31,490 nucleotides of DNA, from NCBI RefSeq assembly GCF_004010195.1, contig NC_057719.1, forward strand, positions 27,261,623 through 27,293,112. Reading direction: 5' to 3'. Shown here piece after piece: positions 11,131-22,872 of this stretch. A program made the translations under genes and the position numbers. The notes under the pieces were generated by a model that searched no databases, was not told the DNA's origin, and saw only the letters and a list, made by a program, of their open reading frames with translations. This stretch comes from Chiloscyllium plagiosum. Taxonomy: Eukaryota. Position 1 is the stretch's first letter. The number at the start of each line of letters is the position of its first letter.

Positions 11131-12276
11131 AAACTATGGGATTGAATTCGAAAGAATCGATACACTTGCCAATATATTCAATTCAAACTGAACTTTATGT
11201 TAACCATGTTATCTGCATACTAGAATTTGTCATGGGGCTTTGCATAATCAGGAGAGCTGAAATCCTATACAGGATCTTCTATATTCTCCCAACAAGAATT
11301 CATCTTGCTCATCAGTATCCTCTAAAGTTTGGACACAGCAGTTTCTTGCCATCTGTTTGTAACTTTTTGTGCTGTTCAGACAGCTGTGACATATTCTCTC
11401 TCTTGGCACTGACCCTCTGCAATACCAGTTGGAGTCAGCTCTGCCTCGTGAGGTCCTTTAATGGGGTCAGCAATGCCCTATTTCTTTCTGCACTTCCTGG
11501 CAGCAGACTTTATGTGTCTTTTTTTTATTTCCCATCAGTATAAAGGTCTCTAATCCACAATAACAGCTTGCTCACTGCGGGTGACTGATTTTTATTTTCT
11601 CTTTGCCATGGCTTTTCCTGCACTTTCTCAGCATTGCGTATGGTTTCTACTCTGCAACATGGTGACTAGGCAGACCTTGAAATCCTTTACCTGCTGTATC
11701 CTGTCACTGCTGGGTATCTCTCCAGGATTCTGTCCCTCTTCTGCTGTCTGATTGCTGAGCTGGTCTTGTCCTTTACCTGTTGTAACTATACTGCTGTTGG
11801 GCTTCTCTATGGGCACACCCTTGCCATTTCTGTTGGTCTGGTATATAGCAAGATCACATAATAAGATCAGGTCTGGCATTTTGGTACAAGGTAGTCCACA
11901 TACATACCTTTGAATATTAATAGCCTTTATCAAGTATTAATAACATCCAAAAGACTCAAATCCCAGTGGTCTGATGTTATTATGGTGTAGCTCTTTATGA
12001 ATTTGTTTGGTACCTATTTATGAAGTAAATATACAGTCATCCCTTTACTCCACAGGAATGACATTAGTTGTACATTTGTATCCAGAGAATCATATGAAGT
12101 GAATAACCAATGGAAAAGATCAAGGAAATGCATTATGCATGCCATTGCAATATGCCTAACTGTCATTCAACATATTACACTAGTTTATCAGTGTCTCAGC
12201 CCAAGCCTATCTCAAAGCAGTAGAAGAGTTCTGCCCCCCACAGCCAAAGATAAACATACAAAACTCTCCTGCAATT

Positions 12277-12807
12277 CGTAATGATGCTGTAGCTTTAGGA
12301 GGTATATTTTGTCCTGATTTCTTTTAAGAGAGAGATTGAAGGAGAGATAGCAAGCAGTACATTTTGTTTTAGCTTTTAGATTCAACAGAAGCTCCTGGAG
12401 TCTTGAAGAAGGAGAAGCTATTTCTTGCCCTCAGTCACAGATAGACACTGGGGTTTATCTTCCTACTGAGGGCATAACCAATAAGAAAATCTGTTTTCTG
12501 AATTTGCGTGTTTGCAAAGGTATGTTTATATGGGATATTAATATATTGGAACAGTTAATTAGTAATAGTTACTGTATCTATTATTCTGGTAACTTTTCTA
12601 ATCGAGTTAAGTTAATCTCAGTTCTTACTTCTTTATGTTTTAACTATAGTGGTTGAATAAATTATGCTTTGCTTAACGCCGAGTAGTTTGACCGGTCAAA
12701 TTGTATCTGGAACACAGCACTTTACATTTGGCTTTGAAATAAGAAAACATTAGGGTCAAGGCAACCAGCTTAAAATGTTTTGAGGGAGTCTGCTCCAGTT
12801 CAGAACA
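12277..12807 (+). mobile_element. Solo LTR (531 bp) with 4-bp TSD
   Basis: AATT at 12273-12276 and 12808-12811; termini (c)GTAATG...AACA; AATAAA at 12656-12661. Confidence 0.7.
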
Positions 12808-12849
12808 AATTACATCAATACAAATCAGTGTCAAATTAATTTCTGCTTT

Positions 12850-14125
12850 TGCCCCTATCCGAGCTAATGTGTGATTATGAGATTTTAGCTTGTGTTATAA
12901 CCTCTTGTGTGGCACTTTATCAAATGCCTTCTGGAAATCCAGATGTAGTACATCTACAGGATTCTCATCTTTAAAGAATTTTAGCAAATTAGTCATAAAA
13001 CTATGCTGATTTCAACGGTTGCCATTTCGACTTCCCAAATCTCCCGTTCTACTTTCTTAATAATGGATTCTAACAATTGCCAATCAACACATGTTAAACT
13101 AACTAGTCTACAGTTTCCTACTTACCGCCTCCCTACTTTTTGAATAAGGGTGTTACTTCTGTATTTTTTCAATCCACTGGAACCTTTCCAGAAGCCAGGG
13201 AATTTTGGAATGTTGTAACCAATGCATCCATTATCTCTGCTGACACTTCCTTTAAGACCTTAGGATGTAGGTCATCAAGTCCTGAGAACTTGTCTGCCTT
13301 TAATACCACTAGCTGGCTCAGTACCTTTTCCCTAGTGATCATGATTAAGTTCCCTCTTTTCTATAAACTGTGCATTCTTTAATACCACTGTGATGGCTTT
13401 AGTGTCCTCCACTGTGAAAACTGAGGCAAAATATTGATTCAGTGTTTCTGCCATTTCTATATTACCCACTATTACCTCCTCAGTCATGCCCTCTCAGAGA
13501 CCAACATTTAATTTAGCTACACTCTTCCTTTTTATATATTTATGGAAGCCTTGATTATCTGTTTTTATATTTTGCATGATTAGCTTTTACCAAATCCTCC
13601 AGCCTGCCACTGATCTTTGCAATAAGTTTTTGCACTTATGTTAGCTTTAACGTGCTTGCTGAGTCTTTGTTCCTCAATCTTTGTTCCTTTCTGGAGTATA
13701 TTTCAGTAAGGAGGAAATGAATATCTCTTTAAATTTATGCTGCTCTTTGTCAACTATTCTACCCTTTGTCTTTCCACCCAGTCCAAATTGAGGGCCAAAT
13801 CTGCCCTGATGCCCATGTAGTTACCTTTCTTTTACATAAGAACACGAGAATCAAGTTTTTTGGCCTCAAATTGAATTTGAAATTCGAGCATGCAATAATC
13901 ATTCTTCTCTAGGGGATCCTTTAGTATGAGCTCATTGATCAGTCTCACCTCATTACTCAATACTAAATCCAAAATAGCCTACTGACTGGTTGGTTCCCCA
14001 GTATATTGCTCCAAAATACACTCTAATAAACTCTGTGAACTCTTTCTCAAGGCTAACCGTGCAACTTGAGTAATCCAGTATTATTTTCATATTAAAATCA
14101 CCCATCACTATTGTTGCACCTATTG
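12850..14125 (-). mobile_element. CR1 LINE ORF2 (APE to RT N-terminus), degraded
   Basis: TIVMGDFN near 14100; PVDVLHLDFQKAFDKVPH near 12910-12960. Confidence 0.88.
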
Positions 14126-15200
14126 TCATAGACAGCAGGATAATGGCTTGCATGAATGGGTGTAATATTGGGTGCAATTTCCAGATGATGGTCTCATAAA
14201 AAGCTTCACCTCCAAATAAGTACACCTTGATAAATATTTCAACTCAATTCTCAATATTTCATCTTATAGAGCTTATTTCTGGTTGTCATTACACTTTTAC
14301 AAGAACTTCAACACAAATGGCTTGGAGTACAAATAATCTTAATATTGGCACAGACTCTGGAGACCAACACAACAGCTATAAAGGTGTTCCAATTTTTCTT
14401 CCTTAAATTTTTAATTATCGTCTCTCCTTGTGTTCCCAGCAAATGTTCAGCAGCTGCAAATAATTCAAAGACACTTTAGAAATTCTAATTGATGCAATTA
14501 TGAATATTATTTCATTCACTTCACATCTAAGGCTGCCAGTCACTAAGGTTCAAATTCTACGGAGCTAGATGAACCTGAAATATTAAGTGTAAATGATTAA
14601 ATTCAAAATCTAAATTTGGCTAAAATGCTACTTTCTGGTATAAAGAATATATAGACAACACAGAACACATTCTATGTAATTATTTTGATATGCATTTTTT
14701 AATCTTAAAGTACTTGTGATGCATATTATTTTAAAGCAATCCGGCTTAACATATGCAGCAAGGATGAAAATACGGGTGCAATTATTATATGAAGTGGCAA
14801 TTCTTTTAAACATCTTCAAATTACCATCTACCATAATAACCTCTGTTAAGGCTATTACATCATTAGCTACAACTCAAAGTTGTGACTGGTATAATAAATT
14901 GCCTACTTCTCCTAATAGGCTCCATTAACCTTTTTGCACATTTTTCAAATTGTTTTATGCAAATCAGGAACCTTGGCCTGAGATTTCATTAATCCCATTT
15001 GTGGAGAAAATATGTCTAAATGTGCATTGGTTTCGACGCTGATCTTGCCAAGAAGAACTTGAGCCAAAATCTCCTGAAAATTCATTGGCCTAAACCCAAT
15101 GACAAAGGGAAAATCATCACTACCAATGAACCAATGGTCTAGAGTAAAATGATGTGTGCCGTCTTTAATCTTGATGCCACTTTTGAATCTCCTATAAAGG
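14126..15200 (-). pseudogene. Unknown degraded ORF, homologous to the foamy post-env ORF at 21800-22230
   Basis: NW..IKIIC..ICVEVL..QPEISSIR..KVYL..HYPA aligns with IW..NKIIC..ICFEII.QTGLHSLR..KVYL..HYPA; shared 12-mer cattatcctgct. Confidence 0.65.
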
Positions 15201-15202
15201 TA

Positions 15203-15925
15203 TGAACAAGGAGTGGGATTAGGATATTGGTCTCTTAAATCTGTTCTATTTGATCTGAATGCAATCACAAATTCATATTCCCAAATACCCCTGATAAGTT
15301 TTAACCCCCTTGCTTAATAGAAACCTATCCACCTTTGCCTTGGAAATATTCAAGGAATCTGCTTCCACCATTTTTTCAGGAAAAGTGTTCCAAAAAACTC
15401 ACAACCCTCTGATATCATTTTATTTTCGCACATCTCTGTTTTCAATGGGCATCTCCTTTTTATTTAAAACAGCGTCAAAGAGTCATATAGTCTTTCAGCA
15501 TGGAAACAGACCCTTTGGTCCAACCAGTCCATACAGACCATCTTCCAAGCTAAACTAGTCCCACCTGCCTGTGTTTGGCCCCTATCCCTCCAAAACTTTC
15601 CTGTTTGTGAACTTATCCAAATTTCTTTTAAATGTTTTAACTGTACCTACACCTATCACTTTCTCTGGCAGTTTGTTGCGTACACAAATCACTCTCTGTG
15701 TAAGAATGTCTTTTTTAAAACTTTCACCTCTCACCTTAAAAATATGCCCCCTAGTTTTGAACTGCACCACCCTAGTGAAAAGACCTTGACTATTCACCTT
15801 ATCTGTGCCCCTCATGAATACATAAACCACTAAATTATCTGAAAAGAGAAATCATCCACTTCACATCCAACCTGTTAAACGCCCTCAGGACCATATATGT
15901 TTCAATAGAACAACAAATCTTCTCA
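15203..15925 (-). mobile_element. Nested CR1/HER1 LINE 3' fragments
   Basis: Inner copy ~15480-15825 (TRGHIFKVRGESFKKD..TFKRNLDKF) lies inside an older CR1 tail. Confidence 0.8.
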
Positions 15926-16119
15926 TCCGATATGGGCCTTAAGCCTACAACACTTGGATTTGACCCCCATTACCTAGCTGACCAGCTTAGGAGCTCTTTG
16001 CCCACTGTCATTTCTGTATCTGCAGTCTATTCATCTTCCACTTTCATGGTAAACAAGGATATGACCATTAGGGAAGCCAATGCAGCCTTTATAAATAGAA
16101 ATACTTGGAGAGCACTGAG

Positions 16120-16540
16120 ACTAATAACTTCAGCAGGGGCAGTCAGCGCCCTGGAGAGAAGCGGGGACAGCTAGCAGGGCAGGGCGAAACGAGGACCATC
16201 TCTGGCCCAGAGTGGAGTGAGGAGCTCCAATGAGCCGGGAGTGCAGATCACTACTGGAACAGGTGGAGCCTGACCAGCCCATGTGGAAGTCCTGATAGAA
16301 AGACCATAATGGCTATCCTTTTAGCAATATTTCTTGTTTTCCTAACATATAGTATATATATTTGTAACGTAGTGTAACTTTTTCTTTATTTTCTTTGTCC
16401 TCTGTACCTAAGATTGTACCTGGGAACTTTGTACCTAAGATGGCACTGTGTGTTGGTGATATTGTACACTTTTCACTGTACCCCTGTTCTTTTGTCATTT
16501 GAGTACACGTGTTAGTAAACCTAATTCTAATTCTAATTCA
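16120..16540 (+). mobile_element. Non-autonomous retroposon with an L2-like 3' tail
   Basis: ttttcactgtac...gagtacacgtg.tagtaaa followed by a (ctaatt)n tail. Confidence 0.5.
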
Positions 16541-16580
16541 TTTAAACAGAAGCTTTAGCAAGAAGAATTCAGTGGAGAAA

Positions 16581-19385
16581 ATGCTATTAAACCCTAAAAA
16601 GCCCTGGTACATTACTATCCAGTGGCTTTTGACTAGGCAGCATCTACAATATTACATACAAATTTATACATGCCTAGAGCTTGACCCAGTACAAGAAACC
16701 CCCTTGTTCATGTTATTTTGCCTGTGGGGTTGTGGAATAGTTGATGAAAGAAATAGGGTGGTGTAAAACAACAGTGCTCTAGTGTAAAACCAGTACAGCT
16801 CAAATAACCTCACCCATTACATACCAGTGATTGGGAAAGAAACACTGGAATGACACTTCCTCATGCATATCAATATTCTTGTTCCAAAGAAGAATCATTT
16901 GACTCAAAATGCTAACTATGTTTTTCTATCCACAAATGCTGCCTGAGTTTCTAAGGCATGTTCTGTTTCATTAGTATATTGCTGGACTAGATTAGCCCAA
17001 GACTTCAGAAGTAGCCCAGCTTTGCTTTCTTCACATTTAACTAATATACTCTCAGGTCTGGAGAACTGGATCCATACGTTAATGAGTTTTACATTTGACA
17101 AGATAATCCGGAAAAACATTTCAAGTAGTGTAGAAATTATCTTAGACTGACTAACATCAGTGGGATGTATCATTAACATTAAACTGAAGTCAGCCCTTAT
17201 AAGGAAGGAAGTTGACTTTCTGGGTTTGATAACATCTGGCACAGGCAGAGAGTTTACAAATAAATATAGAACTGAAGATGGGACAGATAGAATTTCCAAA
17301 AAACCATGAAGCCCTACTTTCAGCTTGACATCTTTTAAATTTTGAATGTTTTCTTATTCCAAGTTTTTCAGAAATTTCCCAGCTGCTTTATAAGGGAATA
17401 GGTAATGTCCCAACCACAGGTAATTTTGTGTTTACTGTGATGAATTATGGATAATTAAAACTATTTACTGTAGAGGTGCAAAAAGCAATTGTCTTCTAAC
17501 AATGGGATCCATAGACCATTTGGTCATTTATATCCGAATAGGATTCAAAGTAGCTGTAGATATCTTTTATAGCAAAGTAGGTTTTATTACTATTCAATTT
17601 CACCCACATAATTTCACCTCCAAAGAGCACAGAAAGTCATGATAGTGCCCTTAAATACATATTAAGGCAAGATCTCTATTAGGGAAAAAAAACCCTGAGT
17701 ATCTGGATTGAGAAGTCAGGCTTAACAAATCTCATGGACATGACAGTTCCTGAAAGAAAGGGCACCAACATCAGATCTGGCAGTGGGTAGTTCACAAATG
17801 ATGTCACCATTGTGCGGAAATATATAAAACCAGAAAAGTATTTAGAATGCTTAACACAGATGGAACACTCTAATCCAAAGATTGAACTAAACTTCAACAG
17901 GAAAAGTCTTTAAACCAATACACTGACGTTATGCAATGTAATGGTTCAAGGCAGAAGTTAGGACAAAAACAGATTATAAAACTATAGCTGGAGTCGGTAT
18001 AGTTAAAGAAGAATTTATAAAGAAAGTTTAATAAGAAAGACAATTTCAATTCATCTCAGCCCACAAAATACTGAAGTAGCAGCCTTAAAATAGGCACTTT
18101 CCGAAGTTATCTGTGCAGACAATTATTATTGCACTAACCACAAGAATCAAGACAGTCCCTCTGGGAAAGAAACCACTTTACAAAACACAAAGGAAGACCG
18201 ATGCACCGTGTAACTAACTGAAAAGTATAAAGCTCGTCTTTGGAAAATTAAATTGTCAGGTAATATATGTGAAAGGATATGAGAAGGGTGACATATTAGA
18301 AACAATGTTGGAAACCTGGTAGCAAAGGCAGCAGTAGCTAAATCCCAAAATGGTAAACCAATTCTAGAAGTTTCTGGAGCACTTACTGCAGAAAATATAG
18401 ATTCTGAGCTGTGACAATTTGAATATCTAAACAAATATCAATATTGCTGAAAACTAGAAGCAAGTTTCTGGTTGAACTGCCGATAGGGAAATGCCAGTAA
18501 CTTGCAAACCAGATGAACTGATTGCACAAGCTCATTCTGAGCAAGGAAATGTACTCTCAGGATGTCAACAAACTCTCTGTAACTTGACAAAATGTTATTG
18601 GTGGCCCAACACGCTGAAACATTGCAAGACTTGTTATGCAAATTGTACAGTCTGTAACCAGGTGAATAAAGTTTTTACTGTAAAAGCCCCCACAACCGTA
18701 GTCAAAAAAGACAGAACATTATGTAAGATTATAACTGATTTTATTGGGTTTTCAAATGCTTACAAAGATGTGCTCATTTGTGTTGACCATTGCATTAATT
18801 TGTCATAGTGTATCCCCAGCAAAGATATAAAAAAATGTACACTTAGTGGCACTCTTGGAATTGAATTAATTCCTGTTATTGAGATACCTGGAGTATTGCA
18901 CTCAGATAGATGGGATACCTTCATTTTTAAAGATTGTCAAAGAGAAAAAGATCTCCCTAGTGCGCAGCAGACTTAATCACTCTCAATCAGCAGGGACAGT
19001 AGAAAGGAAAAACAATGAGGGCAAGAAATGTCTAATCAAAATACTTTCAGGAAACCACAATAAGTGGGCCACGATACTACAAGAGGTACAGACAGCTTAA
19101 ATAATCAAACATTATTGTCAAGTGACACAGTGTCTCCTGTACTGCTACAATTGATTACTATTTGTTACACATATGAATATACCTTTCACACAAAATACTG
19201 TTCTAGAAAACGGAGCAATTAGATGAGCTAGATTAGCACAGCTACAATTTAAATAGGAGATTACTCAAATGTCCATGGAACTGTACAGAAACAGGAACAT
19301 TGAATACAGAAAGCATTATTTAATCAAGTCTGGTCACTTAACATAAAAGATCAGGTACAACTAAGTGGAACGTGCTTACTTAGAT
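16581..19385 (+). pseudogene. pol: Foamy virus pol (PR-RT-RNase H-IN), many stops and frameshifts
   Basis: PR-like VAFD*..; RT YCWTRLAQDFRSSPAL, PYVNEFYI*QDNPEKH (YVDD decayed), EVDFLGL, LLNF..FLIPSFSEISQLLY, TVPERKGTNIR; RH AGVGIV, EVAAL, ICADNYY, PLWERNHF..KGRPMH, YEKG, GNLVA; IN AH..YWWPN..CxxC, DFIG, VLHSD, HSQSAGTVERKN..LIKILSG..KW, NIPFTQ. These parallel prototype foamy virus Pol. Confidence 0.92.
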
Positions 19386-19389
19386 GCTC

Positions 19390-20252
19390 ATAGCATCCCT
19401 GCTATGCCTTGCTTTTTGTGTTTTACCCCACCACTCATCTTGGCTCTTTCTATTCTATTGAATAGAATAGAATAAGACAAAGAGAAAGACTGGGTGAGCT
19501 GAAAATAGCTGGCACTGCGGTTAGTGTTGGTGTAGTCAGTGCAAAGTTGATGAGGTACTCCGAGTGAGTGAGTGGACAACACAGTGGGCATGTAGAGTTG
19601 GTGGTGTGGGGAGTTGGAAAGGTGAGAATGGGTGAGGGAAGATGTTGCATGCTTTAATGAAAACAGTAGAGCAGAAGCTGTATTGGAAGATGGGTACAGT
19701 AGCAGAGATACAGTGAGTGTGAAATAGCATAGAAAGGATTGTCGCACTTAGCCTCGTGGACTGTAGAAGGTCAGTAACCTTCTTGCAGCACTACTGGCCA
19801 TTCCTCCAAACCACAGAAACAACACTGACCTGGGTGGCAACCTCAGACTAAGCTGGCAAGATCTGGTAGCCCAGTCTCCCCCATGTATCCTTGGGAAAAA
19901 GGACAGTCCTCCTCTACACCACCCTCTCCATCAAGACCTCCAGAACCCTCTTGCATGTAGGGATGCCCCTGTCCATCACGTCTGGGACAACTTTTCAGAC
20001 AAAGGGAAAATCAGGGCAACACTGGACTGGCAGCACTTGGCTTACTGCATTTTAGATATTGCACTGGCACTGGGAATCTTGGGATGTCCTGTCATATTCC
20101 TGTCTCCAGTGAGATGGAAGATAGGTTGAACAAACTCCAGAGAGGCACAGTACAGAGCTAATGAAGTGAGTTTCAGGCAATAGAGGAGGGAAAAACCTGC
20201 TTGAAACTCACCAAAGCTAACACTTAGCTGATTTCTGGTAAAATTTAACCCC
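19390..20252 (-). mobile_element. Harbinger/PIF DNA transposon remnant (Myb/SANT gene) inserted at the pol-env junction
   Basis: 19977-19752 translates LEVLMERVV*RRTVLFP..A*SEVATQVSVVS..RNGQ*CCKKVTDLLQSTR; intron-like CA/CT-rich stretch; then ERAKMSGG (compare ERxxTGGG); terminus-like ggggttaaattttacc ending at 20252. Confidence 0.75.
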
Positions 20253-21795
20253 ATGACGTTACTGGCAGTAATTCTAGCTATAATTCAACTAAGGGTATAG
20301 CATATTAATGCTCAGACAGAAGAGGGATTGTTAGAATTAGAGATCTTGAGGAACATGCAAAATAAGATACGAATATGGGAAAATAGATTGCTGACAAAAG
20401 CCCAATGCAAGTTAAAATATGCCATAAATACTCTGGGAAATGGGATATGGTGGAAGAGAAATCAACAATGACTAACTTTGACTGAAGGAGTATATAACTT
20501 GCTGATAGCTTCAAAGATTGATTCAGAAAATATCAATAATCTGAATTAAAACAGTATAAGACTCTCAAAAAGAAATCACAAATTATTTTGACACTCCACC
20601 TGTATATTTACCATAGGACTTTCCTCATAGACAGTGCAATGACAATTTAGTACTTTGCAATTTAATAATATACAGCAAGGCATGGGCACTATCTAAGACA
20701 AATAAAGGCTGTCAACAAGGGTCTGTATGGAATCGTTGCAAAAAAATCTAGCCCAATATATAATTGAAATATAGGTTAATCTTTGTACCTTTTTGCTTAT
20801 TATACCACTTTCAGTGTAACTATCAATGGATGTAAGGAAACATTTAGAGAATAGAAATATTCACAGAAACTTCTATGAAGCAGTTATATGTTGCACAATC
20901 ATATAATGTGACAGTTTTCTGTGCAACACAATATTACAAAGATAAAACTATAAAATCTTCGAATTCAGATGGTCAATTAGACATGGGTGCAGTTTTAGAG
21001 TACAGTATAAAAACAGAATGTAAGTTAAAAGAAGAATACCCACCAAAAACAAAACTTCAGACTGAATCAAATCCAAAAACCGAATATAATGTTTTCAAAG
21101 CCAATTTGCATAATGCACATCAGGTGTGTGTGATTCACTGTGTGAAGCTTTACACAGTTACAAACTTTCCTGCTATATAATGGGAGAACAAACATGGAAA
21201 TGGTGAAAGAATATAACTTATCATGCTGCTGGGAAAGGGAATATAAAGATGAGAAAGTGGTGAATCTGGGAAACACAATAATTAAAGATTTTATGAAAGG
21301 GTCATTGCACATTGTAACATTGACATACAAACGTACACACATCAAACTAAACTAAACATCGTGATCCCAGTAACACTATCAGATGCAAATGTTTATTCAC
21401 TTTATTATTTATGCAAGCTGCAAGGATGGAATTTGATTCAACAGAAATGAGAAAACCTGTAATAAAATAAAATAGGGCAGAAACATTAAATACTTTCACA
21501 ATAGACAAAAATACCGCTTCACCTTTTTATGAATAAATGAACATCAGTCTGCCACAGGCATGCTAGCTAATGTATGTGATATGACAACAATAAAAAAAAA
21601 CCATCTAAACAGTAAAGAAGTGTCAGTACTATAAATGCAATTGAAAGGTCAAGTAAGGCAATATTGCATTTTCCAACACGAAATGAAGATCGAGCTATGT
21701 TAAAAGCTTTAAGTCCTTGTTAATTGTTAAAAGCCCTGGAAATCTCAGTTAAAGAACAACTAAATGTGACAAATAGACAGATTAAATGGTCAGTT
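20253..21795 (+). pseudogene. env: Foamy virus env remnant (LP, SU and TM pieces with internal deletions)
   Basis: TLLAVILAIIQLRV* (leader-peptide hydrophobic segment), YYTTFSVTINGC (compare YYSFSLWEGDC), LDMGAVLEY..EYNVF, KVVNLG..HIVT (compare NVVNIG..THVT), SVKEQL (compare SIKEQI), in order downstream of IN. Confidence 0.6.
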
Positions 21796-21799
21796 AAAA

Positions 21800-22240
21800 T
21801 TGGGATTTGCTATCCTTTCACCTGGAAAAATACCATGGGAACTTAAATTAACAAAGGAAGATAAACATTATCAGATCATTTGTAAAATTACTAACTTCTG
21901 CTTTAATATATGGAGTTGAAAGGCATCAAAGTGTACATGAAACTATAGATGCAAAAGTATAGGTGTGTCATCAATTTGGATTCACAGTAAAATTATCATG
22001 CCAAACAGAGATTATGAAAATAAAATCATTTGCATGCAGTCCATGGAGCCAATTTGTTTTGAAATAATTACACAGCAAACAGGTTTACATTCTTTGAGAG
22101 CATTACAAGTAGCCAACACCAATACTAAAGTTTATTTACTATGATAGAAAACCTTTTCTGATAATGGTTTAAATTTGTTAGAGAAGTATCTCACTAGATT
22201 CTCTATTCCCAATTCATTATCCTGCTACAAGAATATACCT
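21800..22240 (+). pseudogene. Putative foamy accessory ORF (post-env, unknown protein)
   Basis: One frame for ~145 codons with 4 stops: LGFAILSPGKIPWELKLTKEDKHYQIICKIT..IWIHSKIIMPNRDYENKIICMQSMEPICFEIITQQTGLHSLRALQVANTNTKVYLL; its position matches bel/tas-type accessory regions. Confidence 0.55.
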
Positions 22241-22699
22241 ACCCTCTGAAGTTATTAGTATCATTTGTTATTTTCATTGGTTTAGAAATGGATAGCCAAC
22301 ACTTGACAATTTGTTAAGATTGTTCTCATGTTGTCAAAGGTTACATGGTAATCTGTAGAGCACATCATTTTGCTTACTTCTTTAACATATTTGTTAAATA
22401 TATACCTATAATGCAGAAATTCCCTTAAAACCAAAACATTCCCAGTCTTGTGCTTTCTCATTTAGTTTTAGGAAGAGGGAATTCTATTAGAACCTCCTGT
22501 TTCCTTACTTTTGCCAACACTTTTCCCCATCTATAATATATCCTGGGTAAATTATTCTTGCTTCCAAATTGAATTTTGGCTAAATTTATTACTAAGCTGG
22601 TGAACTCTAATTGCTTAAATGAGTTTTCTCTTTATCTGACATGCTCTTCCAGTATATTACTGTTTATCATATCATTTAACTAAACTACACAGTTATGAA

Positions 22700-22872
22700 G
22701 GCGCAAGAGAGTCAACGTTTTGGGCATAAGCCCTTCATCAGAAATGTTGATGAAGGGCTTATGTCTGGAGTGCTGACTCTCCTGCTCCTCAGATGCTGCC
22801 TGACCTGCTGTGCTTTTCCAGCGCCACACTTTTTGACTCTGATCTCCAGCATCTGCAGACCTCACTTTCTCC
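22700..22872. mobile_element. Penelope-derived short element, inverted (hairpin) arrangement
   Basis: cataagcccttcatca-gaaatgt-tgatgaagggcttatg palindrome plus the family 3' segment. Confidence 0.75.

Larger units (their letters stand above)
16581..22300 (+). mobile_element. Endogenous foamy virus (spumaretrovirus-like) provirus remnant
   Basis: Collinear PR-RT-RH-IN-env segments with foamy-type motifs (see sub-features); no LTR or gag recognised on this strand. Confidence 0.88.

Noticed and set aside
15933..15990. Possible tRNA-like sequence on the minus strand
   Set aside because: Too degraded to fold or assign
16916..18641. Several minus-strand ORFs (127, 72, 95 and 67 aa)
   Set aside because: They are antisense shadows of the + strand foamy pol
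22470..22481. Purine run aggaagagggaa resembling the foamy PPT (AGGAGAGGG)
   Set aside because: Imperfect, not followed by TG, and no 3' LTR can be delimited
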